Source of the DNA: Rhizophagus irregularis
Lineage: Eukaryota
NCBI RefSeq assembly: GCF_026210795.1
Contig: NC_089430.1
Coordinates: forward strand, 1,984,001-2,048,000
Direction: 5' to 3'
Length of the DNA: 64,000 nucleotides
Shown: positions 53,521 to 64,000 of the stretch, piece after piece
How the letters are laid out: every line of letters begins with the position of its first letter
Numbering within the stretch: the stretch's first letter is position 1
Made by a program: the position numbers and the translations under genes
Notes under the pieces: generated by a model
The model's input: only the letters and a program-made list of their open reading frames with translations
What the model was told of the DNA's origin: nothing
The model's database searches: none

Positions 53521-56500
53521 TATGGAAAGCCGCCATGGTCAAAAGTGCGTAGCAAAACATAGCGTGTATACGCTATGTTTGTAGCGCGTATACGTTATAT
53601 TTCACAGCGGGTTACCCCTGTTCTGTCTGTTTCAGGGGTAACCTGCTGTTGCAAAAAATAGCATTTAATACGCTATATTTCATAGCGTTATATACGTTAT
53701 ATGTTATGATGGGTACCCATTATAAGAAACGGCGGGTACCTATTATAAGGAACGGCGGGTACCCGCTATAAGAAACGGCGGGTACCCGTTATAAGAAACG
53801 GCAGGTACCTATGGCAAGCCATTCAAGTCAAAAGTCCGCCGCTATTGCAGCAGGTACCTGTTGCTTTCGCGGCAGGTACCTGCTAGATTTGCAGCAGGTA
53901 CCTGCTGAATTTGCAGCAGGTATCTGCTGGATTCACGGCAGATACCTGCTAGAATTGCGGCAGGTACCTGCTAGATTTGCGGCAGGTACCTGCTGAATTA
54001 GCGGCAGGTACCTGCTGAACTTGCAGCAGGTACCTGACAGGTTACAAATATGGTATTTTATTTTTTCTGGGTCAAAAAGATTTTTTTGATTTCCATTTAT
54101 AGTAATCTACCGAATTATTGGATCTAAGTTAGTTTATTTCTTTTTTCAGAAGTGATCTTCATCTCATAATTCGGCCTATTACTTTAAATTTTGCTAAAAT
54201 TAATGATATATAAGGAATCTATATTTGATTAATTATAAATAAATTTTTGAAAAGATCGTTTAATTGAAAAAGATTACTGCAGAATACATTTTACAATAAG
54301 CTTAAAAATCAAACTATAAAATTTATATTATTTATTTTTTATATACTATTATTTTTATTGAAGTTTTGCTTTATATATCATTATTAGTTGAATTTATAAG
54401 AGTTATGACAATGGGATTGACATAAAATGAGTCTTTGTCATATTCACACATCTGCTCATAATTGTTTTAGATTTCCTGCCCAAATTCAAAATAAAAATAA
54501 ATAGTTTATTTATGATTTTTAGCAAATCAACAGACATTTCTATAAAAAAAATATACATATAATGAGCTATCAATAAAGTTAAATTTACTGGAGTTGCTTT
54601 TTTTTAAAAAAAAAAATATTCCCTATATGTAAATTTTTGTTCATTAGTTCTTTTAATGGTTTTGCAAAGATTTCATAATTTAAAATTTTTTTTCTAAATG
54701 ATCAGAGATTTCCAGCCATAATCCACATATAAGAAAGGGTTTTGTGATATTGGTTTAAAATTAAAAGAATAATATTAATGATAGTGGCATCAATAAATTT
54801 AAACCAATATAGTTAAATTAGGTATATAAATAATAATATTCTGGTAGTGTATTTTGTTATACTAATCATTTAATCAAATTGTAAATTTTAAAATTATTTA
54901 AATTGATTTTTATATTGCTCATTTGAATTTAAAAATTTTATAATAATTTATTATTAATTCTTTCATTTATAATTTTTTTTATACTTAAAAGTTGAGTTTC
55001 AAGTTATTTTTTACATTAAACCTTATTTTAAAAAATACTTTGAATTTACAATATAAATTAAAACTATTAAAGATTTTAGTATTGATTATACGATTAATTC
55101 TAGCCAAATTTATAGTAATGGGCAGAATTATGAGATGAAAATCACTTCTGAAAAAAGAAATAAACTAACTTGGATCCAATAATTCGGTAGATTACTATAA
55201 ATGGAAATCAAAAAGATTTTTTTGACCCAGAAAAAATAAAATACCATATTTGTAACCTGTCAGGTACCTGCTGCAAATTCAGCAGGTACCTGCCGTAAAT
55301 CTAGCAGGTACCTGCCGCAATTCTAGCAGGTACTTGCTGCAAATCTAGCAGGTACCCGCCGCAATTCTAGCAGGTATCTGCTGCAATTCTAGCAGGTACC
55401 TGCTGCAAATTCAGCAGGTACCTGCCGCAAATCTAGCAGGTACCTGCCGCAATAGCAGCGGACTTTTGACTTGAACGGCTTGCCATAGGTACCCGCTATA
55501 AGAAACGGCGGGTACCTGTTATAAGAAACGGCGGGTACCCGTTATAAGAACTGGCAGTCAGCATATTAACTTTTGATAAACATCAATAATGATAATTATT
55601 TATTTAATGAAATTTTATTTGACAAATATTAAAATTTAAGTCACACATTTACGATTTTAAAGAAAAAAATCACCATATTTATTTTTATTGAAGTGTACAA
55701 ATAAAATTAACAATAACAATAAATAAAAAAGATAAGTAAATTACAATGATCAAGGAGAAAGATGCTAATAAAAAAATGAAACAACAGTGGAGTAATGGAA
55801 AGTAATAGAAGATAAAAGGGAGTAAAAAAGAGTAATGAGAAGTGATAGGAAACAAAAAGGAGAAATAGGACATAATGAGAGATGAAAAGGAGTGATGGTA
55901 GACAAGGAGCGATGGGAGATGAAAGGAAGTGATAGGAAGATGAAGAGAAGTAAAAATTTATTAAAATTGTAAATTTAATAAAAAATTTTCCAATAAATTT
56001 TCAATCAATTTTTTATAAAAAAAAAGATCTCTAATGAAATTCTTTATTAAAAAAAAATTTTCAAGCCAAAATTCTCGATACACTTATTAAAAAAAACTAT
56101 TTTCAATAAAATTTTCTATTAAGATTTCTAAACAAAATTCTCCATCAAAAAAATAAAAAAATTTTTCAACAAACAATTCTCTAATGAATTCTCAATCAAA
56201 AAAAATATCCCGATTAAAGAAAAATTCAAAGATTCTTACCACCTATTAAAAAAAATTCTCAAAAGAATTTCTATACCAAAAAAAAAAATCTTTACTGAAA
56301 TTCTCTATCAAAAAAATCTCCCTGTTAAAAAAATTTACACTAACGAAATTATCTATCAAAAAAAAATTCTATGATGAAATTTCTATCAAAAAAAAAATAT
56401 TCTCAGTGAAATCTATTTAAGAAAATTCTTTAATGAAATTCTCTATCAAAAACAATCCCCCTATTAAAAAAAAATTCTCTAATAAAATTCTTCGTCAAAA

Positions 56501-57414
56501 AATACTTTCACCTATTAAAAAAATTCTCAAAAGAAATTCTTTATTAAGGAAAACTCCTTCAATTAAAAAAAAATTCGTAACAAAATTCTCTATCAAAAAA
56601 AATTTCATTTGTTAAAAAATTTTCTAACGAAATTATCTATCAAAAAAAAATCTTCAAATAATTTTCTACAAAAAAAAAAAAAATCTCAAATAATTCTCTA
56701 TCAAAAAAATCTCTCCTGTTAAAAAAAATTGCTCCAACAAATTAAGTATACGTCAAAAAAAAAAAAATCTTATTAAAAAAAATTCTCCAATGAAATTTCT
56801 ATCAAATAAAAGTTTTTAACGAAATTATCCATCAAAAAAAAAAACTCAGAAATGTCCCTATCAATGAAAAAAATTTTCTAACAAAATTTTTTATCAAAAA
56901 AAATCTTCTTATTAAAAAAATTTCCAATCAAATTCTATCAAACAAAGCCTTTGCCTATATTAAAAATAAAAATTCTCTACAAAATTTGTTTATAAAAAAA
57001 AGCCAAGAAAAAAAAAAAATTTTTAAAAAAAAAAAATTAAATGGCGGGTACCCGATATGTAAAATAGCGTTTACCCGCTATGTGAAGCGGCAGGTACCCG
57101 ATATGTGAAGCGGCGGGTACCCGATTTGTGAAGCGGCGGGTACCTGATATGTGAAGCGGCGGGTATTCAATCCCTTGAAAATTTTAAAATTTGGTCTAAA
57201 ATAAATTAATAAACCGTTATAATATAAAGTGTATACACGTTAAATTATGTAGCGTATACACGCTGTTTTTTATGGCGGGTTACCCCTGAAATTGACAGGT
57301 TAATCCAACAGAATAGGGGTAACCCGCCGTAAAAGATAACGTGTATACGCTGTGTTTTGTAGCGTGTACACGCTATGTTTTGCTACGCACTTTTGACCAC
57401 TACCGCTTGCCATA
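53521..57414. mobile_element. Non-autonomous IS3EU-like element (outer)
   Basis: TATGG..CCATA termini, TIR core TGGTCAAAAGTGCGTAGCAAAACATAGCGTGTA, TTAAAT on both flanks (53515-53520, 57415-57420), subterminal GGCGGGTACCCG repeats. Confidence 0.75.
53810..55487. mobile_element. Non-autonomous IS3EU-like element (inner) with long TIRs of roughly 370 bp
   Basis: TATGGCAAGCC..GGCTTGCCATA termini, GGTACC on both flanks, 20-bp GCAGGTACCTGC tandem units in both arms. Confidence 0.8.
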
Positions 57415-57519
57415 TTAAATTTCCTTTTTTGCGGCTATTTTATTTATTTTTTTTTCTGCATTTTACGGGAAATTTTTTTAAAAAAAACGCTTTCTTTTAA
57501 AAATGGATTTACTACGAAA

Positions 57520-58222
57520 TCCCTGACAATCAGAACCTGCTACAACACGAACCTCGACGCTCACAATCCCGACAAATCATAATCCCGAAACTTCAGAATC
57601 CCGTAACCACATTATTCATGACATTCATTATCCCAAAACTATCCTCCTAACAATTGAAATATGATGACATAGTATAGAAATTCTAAAAAATGATTTATTA
57701 AAATCTTTAATCACTATATTGAAAAAATAAAAAAAATTCTTATATCTTTATGACGCAATAATTTAAATTTTTATTGAATTTAAAAGCAAGATCTTTTTTT
57801 TAAAAAAAAAAAAATTAATCAAAATAAATAAAATTTTACAAAAATTTATGATTTATATTTTTAACAATAAATCATTAATATTTATTAAGTGATTCTTAAT
57901 TTTTTTAGATGTATTATTAAATTCATTAAAATATTATTAATATTTGCACAGTGATTTTGCAAAGTATCATTACAGAATACTATTAATAAAAAAAAAATAA
58001 TAAAAACATTTATTTTTTCAATATTAAAAAAATTATAATTTTGCGATATTTTAAAAATTATTACATATTTATTACAAAATATTACAATAATATTACGTCT
58101 ATAAAAAAAGTCATAAAAAAAAAAATATCGTATCAGGAATCAGGATAGTAAATTTTCAGAATAATGGATAATGAATGTTGGGAATAATGTGGTTACTGAT
58201 TGTCTGGATTTTGAACGGCTCC
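57520..58222. mobile_element. Degenerate MITE-like element (ends approximate)
   Basis: GTAACCACATTATTC..ACATTCATTATCC inverted against GGATAATGAATGT..GAATAATGTGGTTAC. Confidence 0.45.
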
Positions 58223-58643
58223 CCATAAAAATACTGTTTTTACAACAAGAATATGAGTAGAAAACGTTTTCAAATGGTAAGTTATTCAGATAGTTTTTGC
58301 GTAAAACACGAAAAAATTACTTTTTTACTACAAAAAGCAGATTTTTAAATTTATATTTAATAAATAATGTATTTATTTATATTAGCGATTGTAATTACAA
58401 CTCCTTTAAAACTATATTTGTTAGCTTTGGCATTATTTTTGATCTCTACTTATTACTAATTTTCCTTTTCTTCATTTTTTTAGGCGTTATTTCTTTTCTT
58501 TTTTAGATTTTTAGATCTTTTCGGCTGAGGGAGACTTCATTGAGGGAAGTAGCAGAATCACGCCTACAACACCACAAAATTCTCTTGGAGCAAATCAAAA
58601 AGTTCTTGACTTGTCTATACCTATTAGAGATTCCTAGCATGAC

Positions 58644-59491
58644 TAGTGCTCCTACCGGGTCGGATTCGGTCAGGTTTGGAGAATATATTCGACTCGACCC
58701 GGCAAAAATAGAAATGATCCGATTTTAACCCGACCCGAGTATATTTAATTCGAATAACCCGGATTAGACCCGAAATTTTCATTGGATAATATACTGTATG
58801 CTTAGTAATATATCAAAAATATTTTTTCAAATATAATTTTTTCAATAACGCAAGGTAATTGATCTACAAGATGATCACACAACTTTTTGTTATTAAAACT
58901 AAAGCTAAGCACGAATTTAAAGATATCTTTAATTTCTGTTTATTTATTGCTTTATATTTGAACTATAAAATCGAAATTATATCACTTGCTTTAACAGAAA
59001 TTTGACTATACTTTATATCTGCCAGGACTTTAAACACATGCATGCTCTAATTGTATCTGCTTTAAGACTACATCTTTTTGCAGCTATCAAATCGGTTCCA
59101 CTGGAAACTACTGGAATGCTGGTTGCTTTATTAATCATCAAAATCATCTTATTAGTTAATGTAATATTAATAATTAAAATAATAATTCATACACATACCC
59201 GAAATTGCAAGGTGTCTCTAGCAATTTTCGCTAAGTGAGGATATACTACCTCATTCATCTAACAAAATTATATAACGTAATCAATATTAACGTGTAATCG
59301 ATATGTGATCAGTGATTTTAATGATCATCCGGGTCTAATTCGGGTCAAAACTCGAGTCAAGGAAATGAATGACCCGACCCGACGGGTCGGGTCATGCGGG
59401 TCACGGGTTATTAAAATTGTTAGTACCGACCCAATTTAAAATTCACTCGGATTGAATTATCCGGGTTAGACCCGAATTTTGCGGAGCACTA
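58644..59491 (-). mobile_element. hAT deletion derivative retaining the transposase C-terminus
   Basis: TIR TAGTGCTCC / GGAGCACTA, 8-bp TSD AGCATGAC; minus strand reads YPHLAKIARD.. and SSGTDLIAAKRCSLKADTIRACMCLKSW (hAT dimerization domain). Confidence 0.92.
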
Positions 59492-60931
59492 AGCATGACA
59501 CTACCATCACCATGAATTATAACATGGGAAATAGCTCACTTCCTTCTAACACTACCGCCAGTACTCCTCATACCTCGATACTGATGTTGGACGATGGTAA
59601 CTCCCAATCCCCTCAACCTTTATTCATCCTGACGACCCAGTTTTCCTTCGACAGCAACTTCCTACTGCTAATGCTAAACAAGATCGTTTCCTTGCTGCCT
59701 CAAGCATATACACCATATGCAATTGTGAAACTCATAAAGAAAATCTAGAACATTGTAATGTACTTAAAATCAAAAATAAAATTACGATTCAATTACTATT
59801 CCATAAATCAAAAGAACGTTAGCGACGTTCTTATAGACAAAAGGAATCCTCTTCCTTTTGAAATTACCGTTCTCCATAAAAAAAATGAGGAAAAAGAACG
59901 GTAGAAACATTTTAATGCAATACACACAGAAAGAACCTTCTCCCTTTTGAATTACCATTCTATAGAAGTACTCCCTACAGAAAAAAAGAGGAAAGAGAAC
60001 GTTAGTAAACGTTCTTATACAATGTACACAAAAAAACTTCTACCTTTGAAATTACTATATTATACAAAATCTAGAAGTTCTTCTCTATAAAAAGAGAGAG
60101 AATAAAAAGCATTAGTAACGTTCTTAAACAATATATAAAAAGAAACCCTTTCCTTTTGAAATTACTAGTCTACAGAAATTCAGAAGTCTGTCTTGCAAAA
60201 AAAGAAAGAAAAAGAACTTTCTTATCACCTAAAAATAAATAAATAAATATTCAAATATAATTTTAAAAATAAAATAGTTTTTGTGGTCTTGGCAGAACAC
60301 ACAGGATTATAAATTTCTGTTAAATGTATTATATTTTTATTAATAAAGCATATTACGCGTGACAAAAAAAAGTTTTTTTGCCGATAAGTTAGAAATTAAA
60401 AATTATGATTTGGCCAATTAAAATAAATTTACGTTTCAAATCATTTTGATTGGTTCGAGTAATTCTGGCAATCCGCGTTAAATGTGATCGAGCAATCGAT
60501 TAAAGTTACTAGCAAGTTTCAAATTTTAAAACTTTGTTAAATAAAACTAAATATATGTATACGATAATAACATCTTCTGTTATAAATTCTTATTTAGAAA
60601 CTTCATAAATTTATTTCGTTTATCTTTGAATTGCGTAAATATTAAAATCTTAATATATTATTATTATATACTGTATTTGTTTTACCGACGATTTATAAAA
60701 CAAACAATAATAAAACGTCAATACTTATCAAATCTTATTTATAAATCTTACTTTTCTTAAGTAAAAAAAAAGATAAAGTAAACGGGAGAGTAAATAGCTA
60801 TTACTAAAAAAAAAACTACATAATCTTTTTAAATATATCTTAAATAATTATTTTAAAAATTGTAAATACATAAATAATCTTAAAATATTGAAATATATAT
60901 TTTTTTCTTTTTACAATAAAAATTTTGAAAT

Positions 60932-61369
60932 TTAAAATGATACAAATTTAAAATCTTTAACCTCTTTTTCACATACTTTTTTTGTTACTTCTTCTTGTTT
61001 AACATATGGATACTTACTTTGTTGGATGAATGTCTTATTTTTACGTTTATTAGGTTTTACTTCATAATGTTTAAATGTTATTGAACATTTTTTCTTAACA
61101 GCTTGATTTATTTTTTGTGCATAATCGTTAAAAAATGTACGGAAATCTTCTTTGGCAATATGCCAAGTTTCGCTCGCTATTCCGGATAATTCCCCGGTAC
61201 CAATCCCACGGAGTTCTTTATGTAATATCGAACGATAAACGATGAAACCATTACAATTATTGTAGTCGAATGAATTTACGGGTGGCAATTCATAATGAAA
61301 CAAGTAATATTGTTCAACCGATAAAACACTTCTTCCGTTAATATTATGAATAGAAGGTCGAGACATCAT
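60932..61369 (-). CDS. HMG-box (MATA-HMG-like) protein, 145 aa
   Basis: NGFIVYRS..ELSGIASETW..FRTFFNDYAQK fits the HMG-box helix pattern. Confidence 0.75.
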   Translation of the reverse strand: MMSRPSIHNINGRSVLSVEQYYLFHYELPPVNSFDYNNCNGFIVYRSILHKELRGIGTGELSGIASETWHIAKEDFRTFFNDYAQKINQAVKKKCSITFKHYEVKPNKRKNKTFIQQSKYPYVKQEEVTKKVCEKEVKDFKFVSF

Positions 61370-64000
61370 TAAAAACTTTGTACCAAACGTGAGATTTTTT
61401 TTTCGATAGAATACTTCCTCCTTTTTATAATGTTTTGATAATATAACAATTTTATTTCTTACCTTAGTTTATATTACATTTAACAATCAAAAATATTGCT
61501 CTAATGCCTTTTTGAAATATGTGAAAAAGAAAGAAAGTAAATGGCATAAAGACACCTTGAATTATCATCAAAATTGAGTTTATAAAGAGGCGATTAGGCG
61601 TAAATATTATTGAGGAATTGTTAAAAGTATTTATAAGCAACAACCAATTTTGGGACAGAAAAGATTAAAATAAAGAATAACGAGTCCTGTGATTGAAGAT
61701 ACATGCACGCTTTGATCGTTTATGAATACAAATAATCTCTTGATCTCGAAATAATGGTCCGTATGAATGGGGTTATCGAGGATCTACGCGACTTGCCGCA
61801 GCAATATAAAAATTTTGTAATTGGCTTTTTTAAAACCGATTTATTTATACAAATAAATCGTCTATCGGGTATTTATTCTTAGAGATAAGTTTAATTATTT
61901 GATCATAATCACTTTATAAAATTACAAAAACAAAAATAAAAATATGACTAAATTTGATTTCAAATAATCGCCATATTGCTTTTCTTGTGTAACAAACATG
62001 ATCATTGTGCATAATTATGGGACTAATGGGAGCAGTTTGATATTTGAAATTTCCGTTATATCAGATCAAAATGTGGATTAATAGTCTATTCTAGAATTTC
62101 TCGTTTGAATGATATCCATTTTAGTGATAGAATGACGAAATAATTTTTTTGTTTTGTACAACAGAAAATTAGAAATTTCGAAGTTCGAACAATAGTGTTC
62201 TTTACTTTTTTCTTAAAAGCGTAAATTATGGAAATTTTTTTCTTTTTTTTTCGATTATTTAACAAGCCATGATGACATTTAACCCCATTCGAAATGTAAT
62301 TGAAAATAAGAAGAATAATAGTAATTACATCATTATGTTTATTTAAGCAAATCAGATGATAAGCCGATCATAAAGAAATTTAGTTAAACAGTAATTATCT
62401 TTCATGCATATTTTTACGTTTAACTGTTATCGATTTCTAGATATGGGTTTATTCTAAAGCCTTTTTTCTTTTGCCTTTTATATTCGAAAATTACAATCGA
62501 AAAAAAAATAGTTGAATGTCTCCATTTAGATAAAAGCTCCAACTATCAACCGATACCATCATTATAACTATTATGTAACCCAAAAATAGTCAAGACGAAA
62601 TATGGCTTTTTCGGAAATATATAGAAAAGTGTCCGGGTGAGTTACAGGAAGTGTCGAAATTCGATCCCATTTTCCGATATCCACGGATCTACCTGGACAT
62701 TTCTCAATTTTCATAGGAAAAATTATAAGATTATGATCTGTACTACATGATTTAAGAGACGTTAGAGACGTCCAAATTCATACTAATCATGAAGATCTAT
62801 ACTATTTTTTTTTTTGAAATTTCTTTAGTTCTGTTTTATTTTATTCGTTGATTACAAATTACAATTTAAATTGTACCGTATAAGGTTTTTTATTATATTT
62901 TTTTCAGATTACAAAAAGACTTACGTCACTTTATCACTTTATTTAACGATAATTTTTATTTTTTATGTTAGTACATGGTTTGGTTAATATGAAAATTTGA
63001 AATCGAATTTTGAGACAATGGTCTGGAAAAATCGAAAAAAAAAATCATATAATTCAATAAAAGAACAAATAGGACTCATCCATGATGGTTTTGGTACAGC
63101 TTTAAAAGAATTTGTTGAATGTTAAGCGTTATTAAATATTTTATCAATGTCGATGGTTTATACAAAGTATGACTAGCTATATGAGATAGCGGAGAGAGGC
63201 TTTTTTATTAAAAAAATGCTCTTATTTGTTTGTTTACTATGAAGATACAATCCTGATAATTGAAATTTTTTCTATAATCTATACTTTAAGGATACATTTT
63301 AATCAATAAAAAAGATATTATTCATATCACCAAAAAAAGAATAAAACAAGTTTTTCTTAGGTCCAATAGACCGTTATTCAGATAGTTTTTTAAAAAAATA
63401 TGCGTAAATTTCAAATTCTTTTTTAATCACATTTTCAAACTTTGCATATTTAATATTTAAATTATAAGAAAAATAATTTACGATATTTAATGAAAAAAAA
63501 AAGTTATATAAAATAATAAAAATAAAGATAAAATAATATATGAAATTCTGCTATAAAATACAACATGTACAGTATATCAAAAAAGTAGTCTATAAAATTT
63601 GTATTTAAGTTTTAATACGTTTCCCTATTTATTATATAGAAAAAAACAAATAAATATATTAATTATTATTATAGTTAATAATATGTAAAGATTATGATTA
63701 TTTTACTTACTATCGTTTTGAGTTTCAATTCCTAATTCTTCAAAATGACGTTTTCTCGAAAAATCTCGAGTAGTAGAATTAGTACTTAGTAAAGATGACC
63801 TAAAATGTTTTAAAAATAATTAAACCTATTTTTGCCTTTTTTGCAAAATTATAAATTATGTGATTACCTTTGCTTGCTTTGCATATCTATATCAAAATCA
63901 TATTCTTTTGTAATATATTCTAAATAATAATGATAATATTAAATTAATAAAATTCATCAATAATTTCTTTAAAACTTAACTAAAATATTTTACATACCTT

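Noticed and set aside
61400..64000. Right-end intergenic region
   Set aside because: No supportable gene, RNA or bounded element seen.

Overview
Very AT-rich, intron-containing eukaryotic DNA. The gene families (expanded TKL-like kinases with a 'DLG' motif, HSP70-fold/coiled-coil genes, a MATA-HMG box gene) point to an arbuscular mycorrhizal fungus (Glomeromycota, Rhizophagus-like); this is an inference. Left to right: a divergent pair of HSP70-like/coiled-coil paralogs around a PARP/ART-like gene with a premature stop; three co-oriented kinase genes (one intact, one MITE-disrupted pseudogene, one highly unusual); an intronless secreted trypsin-like protease of bacterial appearance; a full-length decayed LINE carrying a nested Academ-like transposon and a MITE; nested IS3EU-like and hAT non-autonomous elements; and an HMG-box gene. 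The standout is the third kinase (26863-32122). What looks like a 3.6-kb AT-rich satellite is a regular chain of 37 predicted 3-nt micro-exons plus one 1-nt exon, each with an AG acceptor and a GTAAGT-type donor, most with an ACTAAC-like branch point. Spliced in phase 1 they give a stop-free peptide joining an upstream ATG exon to the kinase domain, and skipping any subset of the 3-nt exons keeps the frame and creates no stop inside the array. This suggests a combinatorial micro-exon system diversifying the N-terminus of a non-RD kinase. All splicing models are read by eye and need RNA evidence.
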